A DNA stretch of 64,000 bases, taken from contig CALXQQ010000015.1 in the NCBI GenBank assembly GCA_944390775.1, positions 14,007 through 78,006 on the forward strand. Direction: 5' to 3'. Below, piece by piece: positions 1 to 9,632 of this stretch. The notes below the pieces were generated by a model. It was not told the DNA's origin. It ran no database searches and saw only the letters and a list, made by a program, of their open reading frames with translations. Every line of letters starts with the position of its first letter. Position 1 is the first letter of the stretch. Origin of the DNA: an uncultured Alphaproteobacteria bacterium (GTDB lineage Bacteria > Pseudomonadota > Alphaproteobacteria > UBA3830). The position numbers were made by a program, and so were the translations under genes.

Positions 1-434
1 AAGAATTAGTATCTAGAATCCAAGCGGTTATTAGGAGGTCTAAAGGGCATTCAGAATCGATTATTAGAATTGGACGAATGGTGCTTAATTTGCAAAGTCG
101 TACAGTAGAAATCGATGGTAAACCATTGCATTTAACTGGAAAAGAATATGCTATTTTAGAATTATTATGCCTGAGAAGAGGCGCAACATTAACAAAAGAT
201 ATGTTCCTAAACCACCTTTACGGCGGCATGGACGAACCAGAACTGAAAATTATAGATGTATTCGTGTGTAAATTAAGAAAAAAATTAATGGACGTTCTTG
301 ATGGAGAATGCTATATTGAGACTGTATGGGGCAGGGGGTACACCATTAAAGATGTTACTTCGCCTCCAGGCGAAGAGGAAGTTTTAGAGGCTCGTCCACT
401 AAAAGCTATGTCGGGTGTCCCTGGCACTATGTAA
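1..434 (+). CDS. ctrA: Cell-cycle response regulator CtrA, C-terminal part (5' end lies upstream of the window)
   Basis: The frame is open from nt 3, so the ORF-track ATG at 78 is internal. The translation is an OmpR-type winged helix. It carries the near-invariant CtrA string [33 protein letters not shown] and ends with WGRGY. Confidence 0.85.
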   Translation, partial: ELVSRIQAVIRRSKGHSESIIRIGRMVLNLQSRTVEIDGKPLHLTGKEYAILELLCLRRGATLTKDMFLNHLYGGMDEPELKIIDVFVCKLRKKLMDVLDGECYIETVWGRGYTIKDVTSPPGEEEVLEARPLKAMSGVPGTM

Positions 435-440
435 TGAGAG

Positions 441-460
441 TCCGCGCTCGGCGGATTTTC
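441..460 (+). terminator. Rho-independent terminator candidate after ctrA
   Basis: TCCGC(441-445)/GCGGA(451-455) form a stem with a 5-nt loop. The T-rich tail TTTTCAATTTCTTTCTTT follows, 7 nt after the ctrA stop. Confidence 0.55.
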
Positions 461-578
461 AATTTCTTTCTTTGTATATCTCACTATCGCGCTGAGTTCG
501 CTCAGCGCCTTATGGTATTCCGAGGATGGCAATGTTTAGCAGGACGCTTTTTCACCTGGACTAAAAAGGAGACTGACT

Positions 579-1496
579 ATGTCTTTAGAAGATATCGCAC
601 TCACCTCTTATATTTCAAAAGTAAAAAAAATACCTATTTTAGAAGATAACGAAGAATATGTACTAGCAAAACGATGGCGAGAAAATCATGATAAAAAAGC
701 GCTAGATAAACTGATATCCAGCCATTTGAGACTTGTCGTAAAAATCGCTAAAGGCTACGGAGGATATGGCCTTTCTCAATCCGACCTAATCGCTGAGGGA
801 AACATAGGTATCATGCACGCAATACAGCATTATGATCCAAGTATAGGATATAAATTTTCCACATATGCGCTATGGTGGATCAAATCAAAAATGCAGGAAT
901 ATATTTATAACTCGTGGTCCATAGTGAAATGGAGTGGCGCAAAAGATCAAAAAAAGTTATTTTTCGGCTTACAAAAAATAAAACGTTTCTTAGGAATAAG
1001 CGATGTCACTGAAGAAAATGCCGCTAAGATAGCAGAAGCACTAAATGTAAAAGAAGAATCAGTTATAACTGCAGAAACCCGCTTTAGTAGCAGAGATTTT
1101 TCCACTAACACGAATCTAGAAGAAAATAGCGGTTCAACTTGGGAGGATTTTCTAGCAGATGAACGCGAAAACATTCAGCATGAACTAGCGGAAAAGCAAG
1201 AATATGCCTATAGAAAAAAAATACTACACGAAGCTTTAAATACTCTCACAAAGCGAGAGTACAATATAGTGTGCAACTACCGTTTACGAGTCCCCCCTCA
1301 AACACTCCAGCAAATTGGAAAAGAAGAAAACCTATCTGCAGAGCGCGTAAGGCAAATCGAAAAGAAAGCCTTTTTAAAAATTCAACGCTATGTGCACAGA
1401 GTCGAATGGGATACACAACAAGGAGCATCCCAGAAGTATGCTACAGGATCATTTATCGTCATATACATACTCAATGAAACCATAATCAACATATGA
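579..1496 (+). CDS. rpoH: RNA polymerase sigma-32 (heat-shock sigma factor RpoH)
   Basis: Region 2 is present (LRLVVKIAKGYGGYGLSQSDLIAEGNIGIMHAIQHYDP...STYALWWIKSKMQEYI). The RpoH-box-like QKKLFFGLQKIKR is present, as is region 4 (LQQIGKEENLSAERVRQIEKKA). AAGGAG lies 8 nt upstream of the ATG. Confidence 0.9.
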   Translation: MSLEDIALTSYISKVKKIPILEDNEEYVLAKRWRENHDKKALDKLISSHLRLVVKIAKGYGGYGLSQSDLIAEGNIGIMHAIQHYDPSIGYKFSTYALWWIKSKMQEYIYNSWSIVKWSGAKDQKKLFFGLQKIKRFLGISDVTEENAAKIAEALNVKEESVITAETRFSSRDFSTNTNLEENSGSTWEDFLADERENIQHELAEKQEYAYRKKILHEALNTLTKREYNIVCNYRLRVPPQTLQQIGKEENLSAERVRQIEKKAFLKIQRYVHRVEWDTQQGASQKYATGSFIVIYILNETIINI

Positions 1497-1529
1497 CGCA
1501 TGCAACACAGAAGGCACTGCTGTTAAAAT

Positions 1530-2045
1530 TTAAGCCACCTTTTTATTACAGAGAATATCTTCTAATTTAGCACGCGCTTCCTCCTCATCCATATTCGTAA
1601 CAGCCGCAAATTCACTAGTCAACCTATGCAGTGCTTCATGATAAATTTGCCTCTCACTATACGAATGCTCAGGCTGTGATGAACTACGATACAGTTCTCT
1701 TACCACCTGCGCGATAGACAAAGGAACACCCGAATTTAACTTTGATTCATACTCTTGAGCACGACGACTCCACATGCTTTTTTTAACTCTGACAGGCACC
1801 TTAAGACATTCCAGTACCTCATCTATTTCTTCTTTTGTACACAACTTACGCAGTTTGCCACCAATGGTTTTATTGATTGGTAAGCGCACCTTCATTTTGT
1901 CCTTTTTGAAGTATACAACCAATACATTTAGCTTAGTTCCTGCGATTTCCTGAGTCTCAATACCCTCAACAACCCCAACTCCATGAGCAGGATACACAAC
2001 CAATTCTCCAACAGAAAAACCACTCTTCGCTAGACTTTTGGACAT
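1530..2045 (-). CDS. carD: CarD/CdnL family transcriptional regulator
   Basis: The N-terminus FSVGELVVYPAHGVGVVEGIETQEIAGTKLNVLVVYF matches the CarD_CdnL_TRCF RNAP-interacting domain. The gene is 171 aa and has a GGGGGAGAG RBS. Confidence 0.85.
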   Translation of the reverse strand: MSKSLAKSGFSVGELVVYPAHGVGVVEGIETQEIAGTKLNVLVVYFKKDKMKVRLPINKTIGGKLRKLCTKEEIDEVLECLKVPVRVKKSMWSRRAQEYESKLNSGVPLSIAQVVRELYRSSSQPEHSYSERQIYHEALHRLTSEFAAVTNMDEEEARAKLEDILCNKKVA

Positions 2046-2158
2046 TCACACTCTCCCCCACAAAGTGTTGTTATTATAACACACCTATCGAATCTTTCCA
2101 AGAGCATTGCTTGCATTAGTAATTTAAATTATCTATTCTGTGGCATTTTATGCGCAGA

Positions 2159-2620
2159 TTAATGCCAGTTTTTCTTTAACAAACGCGCTTTTTCTCTATT
2201 CCATTCTCTCTGTTTAATTGTCTCGCGCTTATCCACGTTTTTCTTACCGCATCCCAATCCCAACAAGACCTTAACATATCCCTTTTGATTGAAATACACA
2301 CTGAGGGGAATCAGAGAAAAACCCTTATTTTTTAATTGCCCTATTAAACGAGAAATCTGTCTTTTGTGTAACAATAGCTTTCGGGTACGTTTCGGAACAT
2401 GATTCATGCGATTGGCAGCCGGGTATTCCGGAATATGCAGCTGATACAACAGCACCTCACAATTACGGGAAAGCCCAGCATACGCATCCGACAAACTTAT
2501 GCGACGCCCCCTCAAAGACTTCACCTCTGAACCGCACAGCACGATCCCAGCTTCGATCTTTTCTAAGATCTCATAATCATAATACGCTTTACGGTTATTG
2601 GCGACCTCATCTCCCATCAA
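2159..2620 (-). CDS. smpB: SsrA-binding protein SmpB
   Basis: NRKAYYDYEILEKIEAGIVLCGSEVKSLR and the basic C-terminal tail are typical of SmpB (153 aa). Confidence 0.9.
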   Translation of the reverse strand: MMGDEVANNRKAYYDYEILEKIEAGIVLCGSEVKSLRGRRISLSDAYAGLSRNCEVLLYQLHIPEYPAANRMNHVPKRTRKLLLHKRQISRLIGQLKNKGFSLIPLSVYFNQKGYVKVLLGLGCGKKNVDKRETIKQREWNREKARLLKKNWH

Positions 2621-3489
2621 ACAAATCCATTCTGCTCTAAAAATCCATCAATAGAAGATTTTAATGCAGATGATAAACTTGTCAATGGCGCCCTAACCTC
2701 ATCTGTCATAAGCCCCATCTTGCTTAAAGCATATTTTACAGGAGCAGGACTTGGTTCTTTGAATAGCAAAGAATGCAATGGAGCTAGAGAATCTCTCAAA
2801 ACTGCAAAACGCTCAAAATCTCCTTCTTGATATGCACAATACATCCTTACGTACAGAGCTGTAGCAATATTAGCAGAAACCGATATTACGCCATCTGCCC
2901 CCATGGCCAGAGCTCCGCAAAAAGTATCATCATTACCTGATAAAAACGCACATTGCCCTTTTATATTTTTTCGCCACAAAGCAAATCGAGTTAAGTCAGA
3001 TGCGCATTCCTTAATCGCCACAATATTATTGATTTCAACAAGGCGATTAAAGCAATCCCACTCTATAGATACACCACACCTACCAGGATTATTGTACAAT
3101 ATGATGCTCTTCTCTGTTTGGGCACTTATCGTGGAAAAATACCCATACAATTGCTCCTGAGAAGGCTTGATGTAATATGGACAAATGCATAGAAAGCCAT
3201 CTACCAAATTTTCTGTATTACGCATGATATCCAACGCTGCATCCTGTGAGGATTCGATAATACCTGCAAACAGCTTCACCTTACCATCAACCACATGAGC
3301 AGCAGTACTAATCAAGCTCTTTTTTTCTTCTTGTGTGAGCATCAAAGACTCACCTGTAGAACCACATACAACGACACCAGAAATTTTAGCAGCACTTATC
3401 ACATGCGAGACATATCTTTCAAAAGCTGCAAAATCAATTTTTCCATCTTTAAACGGAGTCACAAGAGCGACATAAATTCCACTCAACAT
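2617..3489 (-). CDS. dapA: 4-hydroxy-tetrahydrodipicolinate synthase
   Basis: MLSGIYVALVTPFKDGKIDFAAFERYV...VVCGSTGESLMLTQEEKK is the DapA N-terminus. I place the start at the internal Met (ATG at 3489), not at the ORF-track start 3546. Confidence 0.85.
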   Translation of the reverse strand: MLSGIYVALVTPFKDGKIDFAAFERYVSHVISAAKISGVVVCGSTGESLMLTQEEKKSLISTAAHVVDGKVKLFAGIIESSQDAALDIMRNTENLVDGFLCICPYYIKPSQEQLYGYFSTISAQTEKSIILYNNPGRCGVSIEWDCFNRLVEINNIVAIKECASDLTRFALWRKNIKGQCAFLSGNDDTFCGALAMGADGVISVSANIATALYVRMYCAYQEGDFERFAVLRDSLAPLHSLLFKEPSPAPVKYALSKMGLMTDEVRAPLTSLSSALKSSIDGFLEQNGFV

Positions 3490-3654
3490 AGAACAACACC
3501 TCAGTACTTTAAGAAGAAAAGTACCACATAAGCGCACTTCAAGCAATTATAAAAATTGATTAAAAAACATAGGGCATGTCGTCATTTTCTTAAATAAAGA
3601 ACTAAATGCAAAATAAAAGTCTGTACAAATTGTTATTTTTGCTTTTTAATATAC

Positions 3655-5280
3655 ATGGTATTGGTTGTAATTCATATGAATAATGTTATTGTGACACTAC
3701 TTCTATTGAGTTTGATTGGCTGCGACTCATGGCAAGAAGCTCGTACACCTCAGCAAAAAAACCTCGTTCCGCAATCGCTAGAAGATATATCATTTCCCGT
3801 GTCAGATGAAGATGAAGATTTTGTATTTGACCCAGGATTAGAAGAAAATGAACCAATTATCTCTGAGAAGTTTTACAAACCAGTATCCCTCTCCGTTACG
3901 GAAAACATGAGCATTAGGAATATTCTAGTGCAGCTTGCAAACACGGCTGGTCTCAACATTTTCTTTAATGGGGATATTGAAGGCTCTGTTGTATTTCACG
4001 CAAAAGCTCGCCCATTAATAGAGGTGCTGAAGGATATATGTTCCAGTGTCGGATTAAAATACACAATAAATGGAGATTCTGTTAAAATCGAATACGATTC
4101 TCCGATGCTAAAAGTATACAATGTACAGTTCTTAAACATAGAACGAGACATTCACAGCAGCATTTCAATATCTACCGACATATTTTCCAATAACAATTTG
4201 GATGAAACAACAAGCAATACACAAAACAATAATAATGGCTCCTGTAGCCTTGTAACTGGCGTATCAAAAAGCGATTTTTGGGAAGAGTTAGAACGATCAC
4301 TAAAATTAATCATAGGAGATGACGAAAAAAGCTATGTTTCTATTCATCGGCAAGGCGGAATAGTAACTGTATATGCCACGCAAAACAAACAAGAACTGGT
4401 AAAAAACTATTTAAAGCTATTAAAAGATTCATCAGAGGCACAAGTACTCATAGAAGCAAAGATTTTAGAGGTTAATTTAAATGATGAATTTAAGGGCGGA
4501 ATTAATTGGGATATCTTAAGAAACAATGGCGCACTTATTAGTAAAAACTTCGATAATAATATGGGAAGACGTTCTGAGCTTCTATCTTTTGGTATTAGTC
4601 GAGCAAATCTCAATATCGTAGCAGGTTTAATTGAAAAATTTGGCGCGGTGAAAACATTATCAAGCCCGAGAATCACGGTGTTAAACAACCAATCAGCAGT
4701 ACTAAAGGTAGCACAAAACGAAGTAATTTATCTGCCATCGTTACAGCGTCAATATGCGACTGTGAGCGACAATCGCAGCACAGACTTTTTATCAACAACA
4801 TTACATACGATTCCTGTTGGACTCATCATGTCGGTCATTCCATCTGTAGATATTCGTAACAACACAATTTTGCTTAACTTGCGTCCGACAATATCTCGAA
4901 TAGTGAAGTATAAGGAATTACCGCTACTATATCGTACAAATGTTGCTGGCAATGACAATAATGAGAATACAAGTTACCAAACTCAAAAAATTCCAATAGT
5001 AGATGTTCGTGAATTCGATTCAGTACTGCGTTTGCAATCAGGACAAGTAGTGGTTATGGGTGGATTAATGCAAGAAACCTCTCATAACAACAGAAACGGA
5101 TTACCAGGCTTATCCGAAACAGATGTTTTATTTGGCGCGAGAGAAAAAGGCACAGATGTAACAGAATTGGTAATTTTCTTGAAAGCGACAATTCTGCGGA
5201 AAAAGTCATATCATAATGCAGATAAGAAACTATATAAAAAGTTTGCAAATGATCCTCGCCCTCTGGAGTTCAAAAAATGA
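3655..5280 (+). CDS. Secretin-family outer-membrane channel (PilQ/MshL/GspD-like), predicted lipoprotein
   Basis: A lipobox LLLLSLIGC sits at the N-terminus. The secretin core is present: VLIEAKILEVNLNDEFKGGINW, TLSSPRITVLNNQSAVLKV, IPIVDVREFDSVLRLQSGQVVVMGGL...NGLPGL...ELVIFLKATIL. The start could instead be the ATG at 3676. Confidence 0.85.
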   Translation: MVLVVIHMNNVIVTLLLLSLIGCDSWQEARTPQQKNLVPQSLEDISFPVSDEDEDFVFDPGLEENEPIISEKFYKPVSLSVTENMSIRNILVQLANTAGLNIFFNGDIEGSVVFHAKARPLIEVLKDICSSVGLKYTINGDSVKIEYDSPMLKVYNVQFLNIERDIHSSISISTDIFSNNNLDETTSNTQNNNNGSCSLVTGVSKSDFWEELERSLKLIIGDDEKSYVSIHRQGGIVTVYATQNKQELVKNYLKLLKDSSEAQVLIEAKILEVNLNDEFKGGINWDILRNNGALISKNFDNNMGRRSELLSFGISRANLNIVAGLIEKFGAVKTLSSPRITVLNNQSAVLKVAQNEVIYLPSLQRQYATVSDNRSTDFLSTTLHTIPVGLIMSVIPSVDIRNNTILLNLRPTISRIVKYKELPLLYRTNVAGNDNNENTSYQTQKIPIVDVREFDSVLRLQSGQVVVMGGLMQETSHNNRNGLPGLSETDVLFGAREKGTDVTELVIFLKATILRKKSYHNADKKLYKKFANDPRPLEFKK

Positions 5281-5906
5281 AACGCAAGCAATCTGGTTTT
5301 TCGCTTTTGGAAGTAGCAATAGCTCTTACAATCATTGGACTAGTCACAGGATTTGTTATAAAAGGCAGAGAACTGATTCGTACAGCCAAACTCCGATCTG
5401 TTATAGAACAGGTTAATGTTATGCGTGTAGCCATACAATCTTTTACAGATCGCTATAATGCTTTGCCAGGAGATCTAACAAATGCAACAGACATATGGGG
5501 AGGCAATGTTACAAATGGTCGTGGCGATGGGATCATCAATTCACCGGAAGATGTAAGGCGTTTTTGGGCACAACTCTCAGCCGCAGATCTTATCAGTATG
5601 GATCTCGTCGGAGGATACCCAAAGAGTAAAGTCGGAGGATACTTCACTATATCAACCAACGTAAGTGGCCATTCCGGAACATGGCTTATTTTATCCGGCG
5701 GCACAAATGACAATGCCAATTTTAACGGCATATTATCTCCAGAAGATGCACATTTTATAGATAAAAATTGTGATACCGGTAATCCTCACACTGGAGAAGT
5801 ACACGTAATAAAAGCTTCTAATGCTACAGGAGAATGTTTTGCAGGCCAAACATATAATTTCCAAAATAAGAACAATGATTGCGTCATTTTGTTCCGGATA
5901 TGGTAA
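5277..5906 (+). CDS. Type IV pilin / pseudopilin-like protein (prepilin N-terminal cleavage/methylation motif)
   Basis: MKRKQSG|FSLLEVAIALTIIGLV has a short basic leader, Gly-1, Phe+1 and Glu+5. C-terminal Cys pairs (CDTG...C and CFAGQTYNFQNKNNDC) resemble a pilin D-region. The ATGA start overlaps the secretin stop. Confidence 0.8.
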   Translation: MKRKQSGFSLLEVAIALTIIGLVTGFVIKGRELIRTAKLRSVIEQVNVMRVAIQSFTDRYNALPGDLTNATDIWGGNVTNGRGDGIINSPEDVRRFWAQLSAADLISMDLVGGYPKSKVGGYFTISTNVSGHSGTWLILSGGTNDNANFNGILSPEDAHFIDKNCDTGNPHTGEVHVIKASNATGECFAGQTYNFQNKNNDCVILFRIW

Positions 5907-6513
5907 AGGATCACTGCTACTAGAAATTGCGATATCCCTATCTGTTCTCGGCATCGTTACAGGCTTTTTTATGAAAAAATCACTGACTTCTCAGCGTGCT
6001 CTCAGAATACAGCGTATGCATGATAATATTGAATCGATTGCATGCGCATTATCTGCTTATGTTGCACACAACCATCGACTACCAAAGCCTGCACATGATC
6101 ATAATGGACTTGAATCTTCAGATAGTTATGTTGGATTTATCCCATTCAAAGTTTTGGGTATAGCATATCAAAATACGTTAGACGATAATTTAAAACCACT
6201 GATATATATTGTAGAGCCTAATCTAACAAAAACGCGCAACTCGATGTATGGAGGTCCTGCCGACTGTTTTTGTTGTTCTTTGCCAGATCCATGTATACGC
6301 ATAAAAAACATCGCACCCCAACCTATCGCATTTGTCATTGACGTTCAGAGCAATCCTCCGACAATTGACAATCATATTACTGTCAGTCCCAAGCACGCCA
6401 CATTTTGGATAACTCGAGATTTACTTCTCATGAAAATGCTCAAAATGCAACCATGCACAGTAGGAACCAGCTCGCCACTTGAACCTGGCAACATGGGAGA
6501 ATTTAGCTTCTAA
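5875..6513 (+). CDS. Second prepilin-type (minor pilin/pseudopilin-like) protein
   Basis: MIASFCSGYGKG|SLLLEIAISLSVLGIVTGFF has Gly-1, Glu+5 and a hydrophobic helix. The start at ATG 5875 is chosen to give a short leader; the ORF track opens at 5821. Confidence 0.6.
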   Translation: MIASFCSGYGKGSLLLEIAISLSVLGIVTGFFMKKSLTSQRALRIQRMHDNIESIACALSAYVAHNHRLPKPAHDHNGLESSDSYVGFIPFKVLGIAYQNTLDDNLKPLIYIVEPNLTKTRNSMYGGPADCFCCSLPDPCIRIKNIAPQPIAFVIDVQSNPPTIDNHITVSPKHATFWITRDLLLMKMLKMQPCTVGTSSPLEPGNMGEFSF

Positions 6514-6600
6514 TGTCAGATGCAATTAGGACATTCATACATAATCTTGAGTTTTTGTCCAAATCTACTTAGAATCAACCCGTAGTGGTTTTTTATAATT

Positions 6601-7269
6601 ATGCGTGAATTGTATTACTATCCTCTTTGTGCTTTTGGACGCCAAATACGTCTGTATTTATCGGAGAAATCTCTAGAATGTGCTCGCATTACAGAGTTAC
6701 CATGGGAACGCCGTTCTAATTTTTCTGATTTGCAGTTTTTATCCGATCTACCAACATTGGTGGAGCTGGACAAGCATGTCTATGAAGGATGGTATGCAAT
6801 TATAGAATATCTAGAGCAATCATATCGCGCGTCCACACTTTTTGGATCTTCTAATAAAGAGCGAGCAGAAACCAGAAGCATTATCACATTATTTAATCAG
6901 ATGTTTTTTGCAGAAGTCACCTACCCTATTGTTTTTGAACGCGTATTAAAACGATATATCCTACACTCATCACCGGATTCAACTGCGGTAAGACGTGGAT
7001 CTGAATCGCTAAAACGCTACTTTGAGTATATTGCGTGGCTTTCAGAACATCGCAATTGGTTAGCTGGTACAGATTTTTCATTTGCAGATATTGTCGCAGC
7101 ATCCCATATATCGTGTTTAGACTATCTCGATGTTATTAAATGGGAGAATTATCCCATAGCAAAAGACTGGTATGTACGAATAAAATCTCGTCCGTCATTT
7201 CGAGAAATATTGCAAGATCGCATAACGAATGTTTCCCCACCTAAACACTATATGCAATTAGATTTTTGA
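6601..7269 (+). CDS. Glutathione S-transferase family protein
   Basis: The N-terminus has the thioredoxin-like GST pattern (LYYYPLCAFGRQIRLYLSEKSL...LPTLVELDKHVYEGWYAIIEYLEQSY), followed by an alpha-helical C-domain. Confidence 0.65.
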   Translation: MRELYYYPLCAFGRQIRLYLSEKSLECARITELPWERRSNFSDLQFLSDLPTLVELDKHVYEGWYAIIEYLEQSYRASTLFGSSNKERAETRSIITLFNQMFFAEVTYPIVFERVLKRYILHSSPDSTAVRRGSESLKRYFEYIAWLSEHRNWLAGTDFSFADIVAASHISCLDYLDVIKWENYPIAKDWYVRIKSRPSFREILQDRITNVSPPKHYMQLDF

Positions 7270-8202
7270 TGGCGAACTAGCTTTAAACCCCCATTTATTG
7301 CGACACCAGGTCGATTGTCGTTTAGCATACTGCATGGTACGAGTTAAAGTTTTCTCCAAAAATTCATCGATGGAAATCTCACCTTTGAGCACTTCCAATG
7401 CCTCATTAAAACCTATCACCTTTTTCAATGGACCATTATACTGCGGATAATATGATATAAACTCTTTAACCTCAGCCAAAACACCTCTATCCAACATACG
7501 TTCCAGCCTTAATCTGCACCGTTCACGCAAAACAGCTCGTTGCGGGATAATGCAAATATGATGAAATACAAAATCAGACGATGTTCGCTTTTTCCACCAC
7601 TGAGACAGTGGAATACCTGTAAACTGCACCACTTCACTAGCACGTAATATTCTCTGAGTATCATTTGGATGTAATATCCGACCAAGTTCCGGATCAAACC
7701 TTTGCAGCTGCTCAAAAAACGCCTGCCTCCCCATTGTATGCAGCTGCATAGAAATTTCCGATCTAAAATCATCGGGAATTACAGGAATTTCTGCCAATCC
7801 ATCTATTAAAGCATCTATGTAAAAACTTGTTCCTCCACATACAATTGGAATAAATCCTCGCTGATGTATTTCTGATATTTTTTCAACAGCCATTTGCAAC
7901 CATTCTGCAGCAGAAGTCGAATGATCCGGCGACAAAATCCCAAATAAATGATGTGGCGCCATCGCAAAATCACTCTCGCTAGGAAAAGCCGTCAGAATTC
8001 GCAGCTCATCATACAACTGAGTCATATCCGCATTAACGATTTCACCAGGCCTATTCCGAATTTCAACCGGTAACCTCTCTAGCGCCATAACCACTTCGCG
8101 AGGTAGCCACGCACAGTCGATTCGCTCACACCGCGCTAATGCAATCGCAAGATCACTTTTGCCTGAACCCGTAAGGCCACTTATAACAATTACATCGCGC
8201 AT
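7258..8202 (-). CDS. miaA: tRNA dimethylallyltransferase MiaA (with an N-terminal in-frame insertion)
   Basis: P-loop ISGLTGSGKSDLAIALA, EIVNADMTQLY (canonical xIISxDSMQVY), CGGTSFYIDALIDGL, HPNDTQRILRA and KRQSTW are all present. Confidence 0.85.
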   Translation of the reverse strand: MRDVIVISGLTGSGKSDLAIALARCERIDCAWLPREVVMALERLPVEIRNRPGEIVNADMTQLYDELRILTAFPSESDFAMAPHHLFGILSPDHSTSAAEWLQMAVEKISEIHQRGFIPIVCGGTSFYIDALIDGLAEIPVIPDDFRSEISMQLHTMGRQAFFEQLQRFDPELGRILHPNDTQRILRASEVVQFTGIPLSQWWKKRTSSDFVFHHICIIPQRAVLRERCRLRLERMLDRGVLAEVKEFISYYPQYNGPLKKVIGFNEALEVLKGEISIDEFLEKTLTRTMQYAKRQSTWCRNKWGFKASSPSKI

Positions 8203-9629
8203 TATCTTTTTGTCGTACCTGCTCGACGTGCTATTTTTTTGATCATTTCCTTCACTTTGTGTCGTGCATTTTGACCTGATATATTAACGGAAACATATCG
8301 AAACTCCTCTCTATCCGGAGAAGATTCTTGCGGATAAAACACATAAAAAGCCACAGTATTCCTAGTTTGAGGCAACGATTTCATTTTTGCTTTTACATCA
8401 CTTACTGAAGAAACAGACGCCTGTCCTATTCTCGTTATGACATCTCCTACCGATAGCAGAGAACTATCTCCAACATATCCTACGACAACGCCATCTACAC
8501 TCGATGGAATATTGAAGAAATTACGCAATTCATTCGTAAGTTCAGCCACACCTATGGCCGTACCATCAATAAGTTCATATTTCAATTCAGGACAAGATTC
8601 TTGCGTCTCTTTTGCGCTTTCAACATCTTGCTTTGCTTCAACGGTAACGCTAAAAGTCGTGATCCCTCCCTGTTTGAGAACCTTTATCGGGATTACCTCT
8701 CCAATCGGAAGGTTATTAAGCAAATATTCAAAATTAGTGTCTTCGCTGATGGCCTCATTATTCAAAGCGATAATTACGTCTCCTGCTTGCAAACAAGCAC
8801 GATGAGCAGGAGAATTTGGTTCCACAGATTTGATGGAATAACCTATATTATCCAGCCCCAAAGCAATCGCAACATCTCGTTCTAATGGCTCGGCATTAAT
8901 ACCCAACCAACTACGTTGCATGTGCCCATAATTTTTCAGTTGTTCTGCAACTTTTTTCACTGTATTTGAAGGAATCGCAAAATTAATGCCTGTGCTATGA
9001 ATATCATCACCCCAAAAAATCGTCATCATGCCGATCAATTGACCACTAACAGAAAAAAGAGGCCCACCAGAATTACCATGATTGATAGCAGCATCCGTCT
9101 GTAAATAAGACACCAAATCACCATTTGCCCCTATCTCAGCAATTTGATTGGATAAATTACGATTTTTGTAGGAAATAATACCAGCTGTCACTGTCTTACC
9201 AAATCCAAAGGGATTGCCAATTGCTAGCACGCGATCGCATACCTCTACCTTATCGGAATCCCCCCAGGATATCACAGGCAATTTCTTCTTCGTATCAATT
9301 TTTAATAATGCAATATCTGAACGATCATCTTTTCCTATAACAGTTGCCGTGTATGCCGTCCCATCGTATATGACGACCTTAATCTTTTCGACATTCTCTA
9401 TTACATGACAGTTTGTTACAATGTATCCACTTTCATGAATAATAAAACCAGCCCCATCAGATATTTTTCTCGTCTTAGAATTGTCTGTATCTTTGTCAGG
9501 GACAATAATGTCGACAACAGTATTCATCAAAGATTGAATATCACCATCATAAGCCTTGCGCGAATTGTTAGAATTAGCCCAAACCATTGAACTACAAATC
9601 GCAACAGCTCCAAGTATTATCTTATGCAT
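8202..9629 (-). CDS. degP: Periplasmic serine endoprotease DegP/HtrA family
   Basis: There is a signal peptide and the catalytic triad context (TNCHV..., DIALLKI, GNSGGPLF). Two PDZ-like segments follow. The gene lies downstream of hflKC. Confidence 0.9.
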   Translation of the reverse strand: MHKIILGAVAICSSMVWANSNNSRKAYDGDIQSLMNTVVDIIVPDKDTDNSKTRKISDGAGFIIHESGYIVTNCHVIENVEKIKVVIYDGTAYTATVIGKDDRSDIALLKIDTKKKLPVISWGDSDKVEVCDRVLAIGNPFGFGKTVTAGIISYKNRNLSNQIAEIGANGDLVSYLQTDAAINHGNSGGPLFSVSGQLIGMMTIFWGDDIHSTGINFAIPSNTVKKVAEQLKNYGHMQRSWLGINAEPLERDVAIALGLDNIGYSIKSVEPNSPAHRACLQAGDVIIALNNEAISEDTNFEYLLNNLPIGEVIPIKVLKQGGITTFSVTVEAKQDVESAKETQESCPELKYELIDGTAIGVAELTNELRNFFNIPSSVDGVVVGYVGDSSLLSVGDVITRIGQASVSSVSDVKAKMKSLPQTRNTVAFYVFYPQESSPDREEFRYVSVNISGQNARHKVKEMIKKIARRAGTTKR

Positions 9630-9632
9630 AAC

